Below the pieces are notes generated by a model that worked only from the letters and a program-made list of their open reading frames with translations, made no database searches and was not told where the DNA came from. A DNA stretch of 64,000 bases, from positions 7,687 to 71,686 of the forward strand of contig CAZREA010000001.1 of assembly GCA_964599455.1 (NCBI GenBank), in the 5' to 3' direction. The position numbers and the translations under genes are program-made. Source of the stretch: an uncultured Gammaproteobacteria bacterium. GTDB taxonomy: Bacteria; Patescibacteriota; Patescibacteriia; UBA9934. Shown piece by piece: positions 1-11,101 of this stretch (positions are counted from its first letter, which is position 1; every line of letters starts with the position of its first letter).

Positions 1-87
1 AAATTATAACCAAGGAAAATTAGGACAATATTCAATGAAAATGGATGGATACGAAAACTGCAATCGGTGTTTTTATCCTAAACCGAT

Positions 88-588
88 GTGCGGCTGTTCT
101 ACTGGGAACTCCTAATGATTTCGGTGAATATGGCGAAACAAATTTGCGAGAAGACGATCAAAATATCGATTAGGTTTTATCGACCGAAGCAATACGGGAA
201 ATCTTCTTCGTTTTTGCTTGTCGCTACTCCATGTTTTTTCGGCGGAAAACGATATTGGTTTCTTTGCTCAAAGTGCAGTAGACGTGCCGGCGTTCTTTAC
301 TTTGTACGGAACGAATATACCTGTCGATCTTGCTCGGGTTTAGCTTACCGCTCTCAGCAAAAGAATCATGTCGGATCGAGAGCTATTTACTGGAAATATC
401 GGCGGATGGAAGAAGAGTTAGAGCGGGACTTTATGACAATGCGAAGCCGATATTTCAAAGGTGAACCAACTAAGCGCTATCGGAAATGGATGAAACGGAG
501 AGTAAAACACGCCATGTCATACGACGAGTTCATTCGTGCGGAATGGAAAATGCGTGGACTCACGAAATTTGTCGCAAACATCAAATGA
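88..588 (+). CDS. Cys-rich small protein with zinc-ribbon-like motifs (CSKCSRR...CRSCSG), immediately upstream of the serine recombinase; hypothetical, likely element-associated
   Basis: ORF track; paired Cys motifs; tight spacing (stop 588, next start 601) with recombinase gene. Confidence 0.4.
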   Translation: MRLFYWELLMISVNMAKQICEKTIKISIRFYRPKQYGKSSSFLLVATPCFFGGKRYWFLCSKCSRRAGVLYFVRNEYTCRSCSGLAYRSQQKNHVGSRAIYWKYRRMEEELERDFMTMRSRYFKGEPTKRYRKWMKRRVKHAMSYDEFIRAEWKMRGLTKFVANIK

Positions 589-600
589 TTTCGCAAAACT

Positions 601-2190
601 ATGAATACAGCACATAATTTAGTGACTATGGAGAAAAAAGCACTTCTTTATCTTCGCGTCTCAACCGATCGACAAGCGGAAAAAGGTTTTTCACTCCCAG
701 CTCAAGAGGAGGCTTGTCGCACATACGCGGCTACACATGGCTATACGGTAGAGCGTGTTTATCGAGACGAAGGCGAAAGCGCCCGTTCCGATGATCGCCC
801 ACAACTTCAAGAAATGCTTTTGCGTTGCGACGAAGGTGGCATTGCTGCAGTTATCGTTTACAAAGTTGATCGCTTTGCTCGTAACCTCGGAGATCACATA
901 CAGAATGCGGCAAGAATTCGAATGAAGAAAACCCAGCTTCTCTCCGTTACGGAAAATCTTAGCAACACACCCGAAGGAATGATGATTGAAGCTATTCTCG
1001 CAAGCGTAGCACAATTTTTTAGCGGTAACCTTGCGCGCGATGTGCTCAAAGGAATGAATGAGCGAGCAAAACAAGGAAAATGCAACTCGAAGGCGCCGCT
1101 CGGATATAAAAACATGCGCGAAATCATCAATGAAACCATGGAACATAGATACGTCATTCCCGACCCGATGACGAAAGATTACGTCATCCAAGCTTTTGAA
1201 AAGTTCGCAACGGGAAGCTATACCGTCGCCGATATTTGTGATTGGTTTTTCTCCGTTGGAATGACGCAGAAGAGAAACAAGGAAAAGCCAATCGCTGTTT
1301 CAATGGCGAGCCGCATGCTGAGCAATAAGTTCTACATTGGCGTTACTCGCTGGAATGGCATTGTGGGCGAGGGGATCCACATTCCCATTATTTCAAAAGA
1401 GCTATTCCAGCGCGTGCAGGTGGTTCTCGAAGATCGCGTTCACGGAAGAAGTAGAAAACGGAAAAATCTATTCTTGCTCCGTGGTCTCATGACGTGCGGG
1501 GAGTGCGGCGGAATTATCACCTACGAGAATCAAACCACGTCGTCGAAACGCGTGATCCCGTATTACCGCTGCAGTAAACGAAAGAATAGCCGAAAATCCA
1601 ATTGTTCCCAGTCGTATATACAAGCTGAAACGTTGGAGAAAGAAATGCTTCGCGCTGTTGAGGCGGCACGACTCCCGCAACGGATCGTGCTCAAAATTGA
1701 AAAGAAGCTCAAAGAGATTCATGAACGCGAACAAGAGTCCGTAACGCGAGAACGGAAACAGCTTCAGGCGAAAATTGACCAGCTCAACGACAAAGAACGA
1801 TCGCTGGTAAACAAATATCTGGAAAACAAACTCACCGAAGAGATCTACGAAACGATAAAGGAAGAAATCTCTTCCGAGCGTATCAGTTGCAAGGCACGCC
1901 TCGCCGCCGGCGAAAGCGCAATTCAAATAGCAATCAAAGTTTTGGAGCAAGCAGTCTCCTTTGCTCGTGATATCCCGGTCGCTTATAAACGCGCACCAGA
2001 CCCGATCAAGCGCCAATTCCTATCTACCCTCTTCAAAGAGATCGTGGCAAAAGACGGCGGCTTACAGAAGGTCGTCCTCAACGAACCGCTCGACTTTATC
2101 TGTCGCGATCTTCCCGGAATAAAAAACTCCCCCGTCAAATTCGACGGAGAAGCTTTTGGTGACCCTACCGGGAATCGAACCCGGATTTAA
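601..2190 (+). CDS. Large serine recombinase (resolvase/invertase-type catalytic N-domain, recombinase domain, Cys zinc ribbon, C-terminal coiled coil). The 3' end runs across the antisense of the tRNA-Glu 3' half.
   Basis: N-terminal LLYLRVSTDRQ...SLPAQ motif with catalytic Ser typical of serine recombinases; CGECGG...C zinc ribbon; Lys/Glu-rich coiled-coil tail. Alternative start at MEKK (628). Confidence 0.85.
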   Translation: MNTAHNLVTMEKKALLYLRVSTDRQAEKGFSLPAQEEACRTYAATHGYTVERVYRDEGESARSDDRPQLQEMLLRCDEGGIAAVIVYKVDRFARNLGDHIQNAARIRMKKTQLLSVTENLSNTPEGMMIEAILASVAQFFSGNLARDVLKGMNERAKQGKCNSKAPLGYKNMREIINETMEHRYVIPDPMTKDYVIQAFEKFATGSYTVADICDWFFSVGMTQKRNKEKPIAVSMASRMLSNKFYIGVTRWNGIVGEGIHIPIISKELFQRVQVVLEDRVHGRSRKRKNLFLLRGLMTCGECGGIITYENQTTSSKRVIPYYRCSKRKNSRKSNCSQSYIQAETLEKEMLRAVEAARLPQRIVLKIEKKLKEIHEREQESVTRERKQLQAKIDQLNDKERSLVNKYLENKLTEEIYETIKEEISSERISCKARLAAGESAIQIAIKVLEQAVSFARDIPVAYKRAPDPIKRQFLSTLFKEIVAKDGGLQKVVLNEPLDFICRDLPGIKNSPVKFDGEAFGDPTGNRTRI

Positions 2191-2231
2191 GGCTTGAGAA
2201 GCCTCTGTCCTAACCGTTAGACGATAGGGCC
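2157..2231 (-). tRNA. tRNA-Glu (anticodon CTC), CCA encoded
   Basis: Hand-folded cloverleaf of reverse complement GGCCCTA/TAGGGTC acceptor, anticodon stem GAGGC/GCCTT with loop TTCTCAA, T-arm CCGGG TTCGATT CCCGG. Confidence 0.7.
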
Positions 2232-2325
2232 TTTTTTGTTGATGACTCCGAAGAGGGCAGTCATCAGTAAAACGATGAAGAGTGTAACAGAGAGTTAAAA
2301 AAACGTAAATCATCCCCTTTGCCCC

Positions 2326-2355
2326 TTGACCCCTGTTTTCTTTGATTGCTATGGT
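2326..2355 (+). promoter_or_regulatory. Putative sigma70-like promoter (TTGACC -35, TATGGT -10, 18-nt spacer) upstream of the 2384 membrane-protein gene
   Basis: Sequence inspection only. Confidence 0.3.
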
Positions 2356-2383
2356 CCTTACTAGAGATTTTTAATGTACGTGT

Positions 2384-3100
2384 ATGGCCTTCCCTTATCC
2401 CGTTACCGCACCGCAAACTGATGCGTGGGATCTGTTAACTCTGGGGACTTTGCAGGACATGGGTGCGCAGGTCGCTAATTTTTTGCCACGATTGCTGGTA
2501 GCAGTGGTGGTGGTATTGATTGGTGTCTTGGTCGCGAATTTGTTAGAGCGACTGGCACGACAATTACTGGTATGGACACGGATTGAAGAATTTTTGCGTA
2601 AGACCCAGGTTCCCACCAGCGTTTCGCAAGGAACCATGACCATGAACATCGCGGATGTGGTGGCTTTTGTGGTGAAGTGGTTTGTGTTGTTGCTGACGTT
2701 TGCAAGTGCTGCTGATGTGTTGCGCTGGCTCCAGGTTTCGCGCTTTTTCGCCGCGGTCATCGAATATGTACCGAACATTGTTGTGGCCGTGTTATTGGTG
2801 GGTGTCGGTTTCCTGATTAGTCAATTTGTCTACAACTTGATGACCGGCACCGGAAGTACAGAAAATCCGCAACCAGTTCCCGCAGCCATGCGCATGTTTG
2901 CCGGTTTTGCGAAGTGGGCGATTATGGTATTTGTGTCGATGGCGGCATTGGTGCAATTAGGTATCGCCGAATCACTTATTCACATTGCTTTCTTTGGATT
3001 GGTAGCTATGCTCACCATTGCCGGTGGTTTGGCCTTTGGTTTGGGAGGTCGCGACAAGGCACGGCAAATTTTAGATGAGATTCATCCGCCGAAGATGTAA
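2384..3100 (+). CDS. Integral membrane protein with repeated conserved TM-helix units (mechanosensitive-channel-related TM_helix-repeat-like family); function unknown
   Basis: Multiple hydrophobic helices; repeated helix-charged-linker architecture; ORF track. Confidence 0.5.
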   Translation: MAFPYPVTAPQTDAWDLLTLGTLQDMGAQVANFLPRLLVAVVVVLIGVLVANLLERLARQLLVWTRIEEFLRKTQVPTSVSQGTMTMNIADVVAFVVKWFVLLLTFASAADVLRWLQVSRFFAAVIEYVPNIVVAVLLVGVGFLISQFVYNLMTGTGSTENPQPVPAAMRMFAGFAKWAIMVFVSMAALVQLGIAESLIHIAFFGLVAMLTIAGGLAFGLGGRDKARQILDEIHPPKM

Positions 3101-3322
3101 AGACACAGGTTTACACAGATTAAAAGTAATGCAGACAGATGCAAGATGAGCGCCTGTCTATATCGAGGATAACAAGGACTTCGAAACGAAAAGAGCGATA
3201 ACGGAGATGTTCGGATAAACAGACGCTTTGTGCGTCTGTTTGGTTTATACTAATGGAGAAGAGCGAAAGGTAAGTCTTGTAATCTGTCTGTACCTTCTCG
3301 ATCTGTGTAAATCTGTTCCCTT
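3101..3322. repeat. Intergenic structured element bounded by a 16-nt inverted pair ACAGGTTTACACAGAT (3105-3120) / ATCTGTGTAAATCTGT (3301-3316), with an internal 10-bp perfect hairpin (AAACAGACGC-TTTGTG-GCGTCTGTTT, about 3221-3246)
   Basis: Direct sequence comparison; the same 16-mer recurs at 21047 and 55809. Confidence 0.55.
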
Positions 3323-4987
3323 ATGTTTTCCGAACTCTTTCTCGAAATCGCCGCCGTGATCATGACTGCGGGCGTGCTCTCCATTGTTGCGTACGTCTTT
3401 CGGCAGCCGCTCGTGATCGCCTACATGATTACCGGCATTATTGTTGGCCCGGCTGCGTTGGCGCTTACAACATCGACCGATGTCTTTGAGACACTTTCGC
3501 ACGTAGGTGTGGCATTTTTGTTATTTATCGTGGGATTGAATGTAAATTGGCGCAATATTCGTGACGTTGGTTTGGTGTCGTTATTGTCGGGTATTGCCCA
3601 GATTTTTATTACGTCAGCGGCAGGGTGGGGTATTGCGACGCTTTTAGGATTTGATACCTGGACCAGTATTTTTCTCGGCATTTCGTTTTCCTTTTCCTCG
3701 ACGATCATCATCGTCAAAATGTTGTCGGATAAAGAGGATATCGAGCGATTATATGGGCGTATTGCTGTTGGTGCCCTTATCGTTCAGGATTTGGTCGCGA
3801 TGGTGATTTTGTTGTTTTTATCGACGTATGCGAACGGTGGATCGTTTACGGTGTTGTTTACCGACTCACTCCTTAAGGCGATTGCGGTGATCGTCGTTTT
3901 ATGGTTTTTAGCAAAGTTTGCTATTCCACCGGTATTTCGTTTTGCTGCGCGTAATCAAGAGCTTCTTTTTTTGCTTGCAATCGCGTGGTGCTTTGCCGTT
4001 GCGGGAGGATTGCAGCTATTGGGATTTGGTGTAGAGATTGGGGCCTTGATGGCAGGTATCGCGCTTGCAGGCACCGGCTTTCAGCATGAGATTGAAGCGA
4101 AAGTGCGTTTCTTGCGGGACTTTTTCCTCATCATTTTCTTTATTGTGTTAGGAACGCATTTAGTTGCTGATGATATTGGGTTACTCATTCAACAAGGTTT
4201 GGCATTCTCCGCCTTTGTGCTTATTGGCAATCCGATCATCATGTTTGTGATTATGCGCTTGCTCGGCTATCACCCGCGCACCGGTTTTTTGTCGGGCACA
4301 ACGGTGGCGCAGATTAGCGAATTCTCCTTTATCTTACTTGCAAGTGGTGTTGCGGCCGGTTTGGTTATGCCCCAAGCCATGCCATTGGCAACATTTGTGG
4401 GTTTGGCGACGATCACGGCTTCAACGTATCTTATTTCGTACAATGAACGTATTTTTGAATATCTGTCACGTTATCTCCCATTTTTGCATTCCGATACTCC
4501 CGAACGAGAATTTGCGAGCGAAGCCGCACCGTCCATCGTCCTTCTTGGCTATGATCGCATGGGACAAGAGGTTTTGCCGATGATTCAACATATTGCTAAG
4601 CATTATGTGATTATGGATTTTAATCCGGCAATTGTTGAGGAATTATCTCAGCATGGTTTGCCGGTGATGTATGGCGATGCAGGAAGTGAGGATGCGTTGA
4701 AACTGGCACGGCTTGAAAAAACGAAAATGGTGATTTCAACGATTCCGGACATGGAGGTGAATGCCGATATTATGGATTACATCCGTGCTCGTGGGGCCAA
4801 ACCGGTAGTTATCCTCACCGTGAAGTCATCAGAAGACGCGGCGCGGTGTTATGCTTTAGGGGCAACATTTGTGATTGTGCCGTCGATTTTAGGTGGTGCA
4901 CATTTCGCGCAACTTTTAAAGAAAGCAAAAATTCTTAAACGCGGCTGGACAGCGGTAGCGAAGGAGTATCACGCTGCAGAAAAGTAA
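3323..4987 (+). CDS. CPA2-family monovalent cation:proton antiporter (KefB/KefC-like) with C-terminal RCK/TrkA-N NAD-binding regulatory domain
   Basis: About 12 TM helices followed by a Rossmann-like IVLLGYDRMGQEV...DAGSEDAL motif typical of the TrkA-N domain. Confidence 0.85.
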   Translation: MFSELFLEIAAVIMTAGVLSIVAYVFRQPLVIAYMITGIIVGPAALALTTSTDVFETLSHVGVAFLLFIVGLNVNWRNIRDVGLVSLLSGIAQIFITSAAGWGIATLLGFDTWTSIFLGISFSFSSTIIIVKMLSDKEDIERLYGRIAVGALIVQDLVAMVILLFLSTYANGGSFTVLFTDSLLKAIAVIVVLWFLAKFAIPPVFRFAARNQELLFLLAIAWCFAVAGGLQLLGFGVEIGALMAGIALAGTGFQHEIEAKVRFLRDFFLIIFFIVLGTHLVADDIGLLIQQGLAFSAFVLIGNPIIMFVIMRLLGYHPRTGFLSGTTVAQISEFSFILLASGVAAGLVMPQAMPLATFVGLATITASTYLISYNERIFEYLSRYLPFLHSDTPEREFASEAAPSIVLLGYDRMGQEVLPMIQHIAKHYVIMDFNPAIVEELSQHGLPVMYGDAGSEDALKLARLEKTKMVISTIPDMEVNADIMDYIRARGAKPVVILTVKSSEDAARCYALGATFVIVPSILGGAHFAQLLKKAKILKRGWTAVAKEYHAAEK

Positions 4988-4988
4988 T

Positions 4989-5459
4989 ATGGTAAATTTT
5001 CATAGAGATAGTGGTCCAGATTCTCGTTGGACTTCGGGGAGAGCATCTCCAGAAAGAGGTAAACAAATGGGGAATGATGTTGAGGGCGATGCGGGTGTTG
5101 AGGATGCACCTGTGGTTGAATCTGTTGCTGCCGAGTCTGAGGTCGATCAAAAATTTGCTAAAGCCATTGCTCAATTAAAGACGTCATTTGATGTTCAAGA
5201 ACGTGAAGCTCCTGTGGACGGCTCTCCGTATGATCCTCTTCAACTAACAAGGAGAGGAAGAACGAAGGTGGAAGGAATGGGAATACAAGTTTCCGATTTG
5301 CAGAATTATGTTTTGCGCAAGCGTGAAGGAAGAACAAAGGAAGACATGCGTAAAGATCTTGCCCGTCGACAAGAACAGGAGGCTGCAAATCAGGCTGCCC
5401 TCGTTCGTTCTGATGCTGCGCGTCGTCTAGCTGATCAAGTTCGGAGAATTGCTGGTTAA
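4989..5459 (+). CDS. Hypothetical charged protein (acidic N-terminus, Arg/Glu-rich C-terminus)
   Basis: ORF track only; fills gap between antiporter and hrcA promoter. Confidence 0.3.
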   Translation: MVNFHRDSGPDSRWTSGRASPERGKQMGNDVEGDAGVEDAPVVESVAAESEVDQKFAKAIAQLKTSFDVQEREAPVDGSPYDPLQLTRRGRTKVEGMGIQVSDLQNYVLRKREGRTKEDMRKDLARRQEQEAANQAALVRSDAARRLADQVRRIAG

Positions 5460-5480
5460 TTTGTGATGTAGAGAATTCCC

Positions 5481-5520
5481 TTGACACCCCGAGTTAGCAG
5501 TCTATACTTATGACTGCTAA
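5481..5520 (+). promoter_or_regulatory. Heat-shock promoter with CIRCE operator: -35 TTGACA (5481-5486), -10 TATACT (5503-5508), CIRCE inverted repeat TTAGCAGTC-N9-GACTGCTAA (5494-5520) overlapping the -10
   Basis: Match to CIRCE consensus TTAGCACTC-N9-GAGTGCTAA; position directly upstream of hrcA-grpE-dnaK. Confidence 0.85.
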
Positions 5521-5528
5521 CTCTTTTT

Positions 5529-6272
5529 TTGGAAAGCCTTGTGCTTGACCAACGATTGGCTCAACTCCTGAAGCTTATTGTCGAGCGCTACGTGAAAACC
5601 GCGCAGCCAGTAAGCTCCAAAGAACTGTGCGACACCTATGGTCTCACGGTATCTTCGGCGACCATTCGTAACCACATGGCCGAGCTTGAGGCACAGGGAT
5701 ATATCACCCAGCCGCACACTTCAGCTGGACGAATCCCAACCGAACAAGCCTATCGCTACTATATTACGCACTTTGCCGAGACCGAACGTCATCGTCCGGC
5801 TATGAATGTCACGATCACCATTAAACGCGTTGTGCGTGCGCCGTCTTGGGAAGAGCGTTTGCATGCACTTGCACTCGAAGTTGCAGAAACCTCGGGTGAA
5901 GCGGTGATGATCGCGACGGCTCGACCGTGGAGTGCGACAGTGGGGATTGGCAACTTGCTGCGTAAGCCGGACTTTCGTAGCGAGAATGCGATCATGTCTT
6001 TGGCCGGAGCATTGGAACGATTTGATGGTGCGCTGCGTAATCTGTTGCAGGTTGCCAACGATGATGTCAAAGTCGTGCTCGGTGTTGAGAATCCGCTTGG
6101 GCCCGATCTTGCCTCTGTCGTCGTCCGTCATCGTTTGCCCGACGGCACACAAGGTGCGATGTCCATCGTCGGCCCCATGCGTATGGACTATCCGCGCAAC
6201 ATGGCGATTCTTTCACGCGCAAAAGAGATTATTGAAAAGAAGGGAAGTGAAGGTATTTCGTATAGAACATAA
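5529..6272 (+). CDS. hrcA: Heat-inducible transcription repressor HrcA (short form, TTG start)
   Basis: N-terminal winged-helix LTxRQxxIL...YxxxGxPVxSxxL-like motif; operon context with CIRCE, grpE and dnaK. Confidence 0.85.
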   Translation: MESLVLDQRLAQLLKLIVERYVKTAQPVSSKELCDTYGLTVSSATIRNHMAELEAQGYITQPHTSAGRIPTEQAYRYYITHFAETERHRPAMNVTITIKRVVRAPSWEERLHALALEVAETSGEAVMIATARPWSATVGIGNLLRKPDFRSENAIMSLAGALERFDGALRNLLQVANDDVKVVLGVENPLGPDLASVVVRHRLPDGTQGAMSIVGPMRMDYPRNMAILSRAKEIIEKKGSEGISYRT

Positions 6273-6275
6273 AAT

Positions 6276-6812
6276 ATGACTGACGAACCACTACAACCTC
6301 AACAAGACCCACAACCAGAATCACCGACTGCTACTCAACCCGACGAGTTAACGCAGCTCAAAGCCAAATGCGACGAGTATCTTTCCGGCTGGAAACGCGC
6401 GCTCGCTGACTACGAGAATGTCGCTAAGCAGCAAGCGCAAATGCGCGATGAAGATCGTCGTCGTGTGCGTGCGAATCTCGCCGAAGACTTGCTTGGTGTG
6501 GTCGACAACTTTGGATATGTCACCAAACACATTCCTGATGTCTCTGGCTGCAGCGAAGAATTCCAAAAGAAATTCACCTCTTGGATCTCCGGCATCCAGC
6601 ACATCGATCGACAATTCATGGAAGTACTGAAATCACTCGGCGTTGAACCGATTGAGTCTCTCGGAAAACCCTTTGACGCTCGACTCCATGACGCAGCCGG
6701 AGCAAAGAAGGTCGAGGGAACTCAAGAGGGAATAGTGATTGAAGAATTGGTGAGAGGATGGAAGATTGGCGACGTGGTGTTGCGACCGAGTAGGGTGATT
6801 GTGAGTGAGTGA
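6276..6812 (+). CDS. grpE: Nucleotide exchange factor GrpE
   Basis: Conserved GrpE core (ENxxKRxxRE-like, long helix then beta-domain); position between hrcA and dnaK. Confidence 0.9.
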   Translation: MTDEPLQPQQDPQPESPTATQPDELTQLKAKCDEYLSGWKRALADYENVAKQQAQMRDEDRRRVRANLAEDLLGVVDNFGYVTKHIPDVSGCSEEFQKKFTSWISGIQHIDRQFMEVLKSLGVEPIESLGKPFDARLHDAAGAKKVEGTQEGIVIEELVRGWKIGDVVLRPSRVIVSE

Positions 6813-7148
6813 TCGATTTATTTTATGGTAGAAAGAAAAAAGAAAATTGATTTTTTCATCGGAGCTTTTGTCATGATATTGATAATTCTCAATCACAACA
6901 CCTTTGATTTTAGCAAACAGGTTGGTACTCGTGAGGTCGATTGTGAAGATCCTTGTCTTCGTCTTTCTACAGAGGAGAGATCGGATGGAACTCGATATTA
7001 TGAACAACCGATTTATGACTTCAGTATCATTCCCCGCATTACCTTTGATCGCTTAAGAGCTGAGAGATTTTTCTGGGACATCATTATTATCAGCTTTGCC
7101 TTCTTGATACGTTATCTCTTTCATTCAAGTGAAAATAAAAATAAATAA

Positions 7149-9098
<1,950 letters not shown>

Positions 9099-9109
9099 TG
9101 AGGTAGTTT

Positions 9110-9718
9110 GTGAAATTAAAAAAGACGATTAAATTATTATTGATAACAGTAAGTGGCGGAGTTATTGGATATGTAATAATTCCGTTATCATACTTCATTT
9201 CAGGATTAGTAAAATGGAGTCCCTCGTTATCTCTTGATGGTTTACTACAGATAGTTTTAGCGATAATTACGATATCAATCGTATTCTACTATGAATATAG
9301 GGGTCCCAAGGTTGATGTGCGTTTCAGATATCTTAGTGGACGTGTATTGATGGATTTAAGAACAAAAAATGATATTCTCACAAATGATGGAGATATAGTT
9401 ATTGAAGCGTATTGCAAATCTGATAATTGTTTAAAATTTTCAGATAATAATGATTGGGAAGATATAAGTTTAGGAAAAGATGAGCAGGGATATCTTAAAT
9501 ACGTCTTAAAATATAAGTCACCAAATGAATTCAGAATTTCCGGAAAGAATAATGAAATAACTATCATGTCAGGTCATGTAAGTAGTGATAATTGGCATCA
9601 AAAAAAGAGTGGATGTGACTATATCGTATTTAAATTTAGAGGAAGAGTACAAAAGAAATGGGATATGAGTGAGGATGATGATTATGAAAAAGATTTATGT
9701 CCGTCTTCGAAAAAATAA
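9110..9718 (+). CDS. Hypothetical membrane-anchored protein, strongly AT-rich (GTG start); likely a recent insertion between dnaK and downstream genes
   Basis: ORF track; N-terminal TM helices; local GC far below window background. Confidence 0.45.
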   Translation: MKLKKTIKLLLITVSGGVIGYVIIPLSYFISGLVKWSPSLSLDGLLQIVLAIITISIVFYYEYRGPKVDVRFRYLSGRVLMDLRTKNDILTNDGDIVIEAYCKSDNCLKFSDNNDWEDISLGKDEQGYLKYVLKYKSPNEFRISGKNNEITIMSGHVSSDNWHQKKSGCDYIVFKFRGRVQKKWDMSEDDDYEKDLCPSSKK

Positions 9719-10155
9719 AATTGTTGCTCGATGGTGCGGGGGTGCAATATGAAACCGAGCATCACGATCCGACGTATACGAGCGAAGACGCATCACGCAT
9801 TCGTGGTTCGTCCATGCATGCCGGAGCGAAAGCGCTGGTTATTCGGGGAAGTAAATCAGGAAATCACTTCTTGTTTGTAATGCCTGCTGATTTGCGTATG
9901 AGTAGTAAAAAAGTAACGGCAATTATTGGCGAAAAGTTTTCATTTGCACCAGAGCCAGAGGCGGTTACTGGTTGTGTAAAGGGTTCGGTTCCGCCGTTTG
10001 GATCGGTGATTGGACTCAAGACGTACTGCGACCAACGACTCGCGGAAAGCATAATCATCAATTTTAACGCCGGTAGTCTGACAGATTCGATTGAGATGAA
10101 GTATGATGATTATTTCGCCATCGAAAAGCCGAAGATTGTGGATATTACGGAATAA
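9697..10155 (+). CDS. YbaK/ProX-type aminoacyl-tRNA trans-editing deacylase domain protein
   Basis: Single-domain protein with HxxxxTSEEA...GxxxPFG...NaGs pattern characteristic of the YbaK/ProRS-INS editing fold. Confidence 0.7.
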   Translation: MSVFEKIKLLLDGAGVQYETEHHDPTYTSEDASRIRGSSMHAGAKALVIRGSKSGNHFLFVMPADLRMSSKKVTAIIGEKFSFAPEPEAVTGCVKGSVPPFGSVIGLKTYCDQRLAESIIINFNAGSLTDSIEMKYDDYFAIEKPKIVDITE

Positions 10156-10160
10156 TAAAT

Positions 10161-10493
10161 ATGATTACGTATCAAGATTTTGAAAAAGTAGATATTCGTG
10201 TTGGAATGATTATTGCCGTTGATGATTTTCCTGAGGCTCGAAAACCAGCGTATAAATTGACGATTGATTTTGGAAGTGAAATTGGCATTAAAAAGTCCTC
10301 TGCTCAAATTACCGAATATTATCAAAAAGAAGAACTTATAGGTCGGCAAATTATTGCTGTTGTAAATTTTGCTCCCAAGCAAATTGGCAAATTTATTTCT
10401 GAGGTGTTGACGCTCGGTCTTCCGGATGCAGCAGATGGAGCTGTGCTTCTTTCGCCAACTCTTCAAGTGCCGAACGGTGGCAAGTTATTCTAA
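10161..10493 (+). CDS. tRNA-binding domain protein (CsaA/Trbp111/MetRS C-terminal Myf-type OB fold)
   Basis: F-KVDIRVG-I pattern with conserved spacing, as in CsaA and EMAP-II-like tRNA-binding domains. Confidence 0.75.
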   Translation: MITYQDFEKVDIRVGMIIAVDDFPEARKPAYKLTIDFGSEIGIKKSSAQITEYYQKEELIGRQIIAVVNFAPKQIGKFISEVLTLGLPDAADGAVLLSPTLQVPNGGKLF

Positions 10494-10500
10494 ACTTCCT

Positions 10501-10872
10501 ATGCACCTCGACTACGCTCTCTTATCCGAATTTGCCTCACTTTCCGTAAATGGTTTGCATAGCTTCATGCACGTGTTCGATAAAACAGCATTTAAGGAAA
10601 ATACTTCATTGATGTTACGTGGATTTTTAGCCGTAAAATGCTCGGAATTAGAAGGGGAGAACGCGTGCGAGATCTACATGACCGACAAGAATAATGTTAT
10701 TCTCGATAAAGGCCATATCATGAAAGGGAAGATTAAAGGACCGGCCGTGCAAATTGTCCTCAAGATCGCGGTTCCGATTCCTGCTCCGGGTACATATTCG
10801 TTGTGGATTCGAGTTGAAAATGGTGAACCGAAGCGGTTGCTGATGTGGAGCGCAGAAGTGAAGGCGGGCTAG
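10501..10872 (+). CDS. Hypothetical protein (likely beta-rich)
   Basis: ORF track; internal ATG at 10501 chosen because the upstream part overlaps the csaA-like gene. Confidence 0.4.
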   Translation: MHLDYALLSEFASLSVNGLHSFMHVFDKTAFKENTSLMLRGFLAVKCSELEGENACEIYMTDKNNVILDKGHIMKGKIKGPAVQIVLKIAVPIPAPGTYSLWIRVENGEPKRLLMWSAEVKAG

Positions 10873-10894
10873 TGGCCTTTTACTCCAACTCTCT

Positions 10895-11098
10895 ATGCCC
10901 ACTCTTTCTTCAAAATTCCAAAAACTCAAAAAACACTTTGCCCTCATTGCAAAGATTTTTTCGTTCGTGATTCTCCCGATCGCGCGATGGGGTTGGAAAA
11001 AATATCAGGCCAAAGGACGGCCGATCGTAAAAGAGCAAAAGCACGAGGTGATTGATGTTACCGGAACTGAAGTGAAAGATGAGGTTTCTTCGCGATAA
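10895..11098 (+). CDS. Small hypothetical protein with one hydrophobic helix
   Basis: ORF track only. Confidence 0.25.
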   Translation: MPTLSSKFQKLKKHFALIAKIFSFVILPIARWGWKKYQAKGRPIVKEQKHEVIDVTGTEVKDEVSSR

Positions 11099-11101
11099 TG
11101 T

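Noticed and set aside
2062-2313. Minus-strand 83-aa ORF spanning the tRNA-Glu region
   Set aside because: It covers the tRNA gene and the recombinase 3' end. No coding features; it is a chance ORF over structured RNA.
6633-7148. Two overlapping ORFs (minus 124 aa, plus 107 aa) in the AT-rich grpE-dnaK spacer
   Set aside because: Low-complexity, AT-driven reading frames on both strands that overlap each other. No motif or SD support. The region is treated as non-coding spacer or possible insert remnant.
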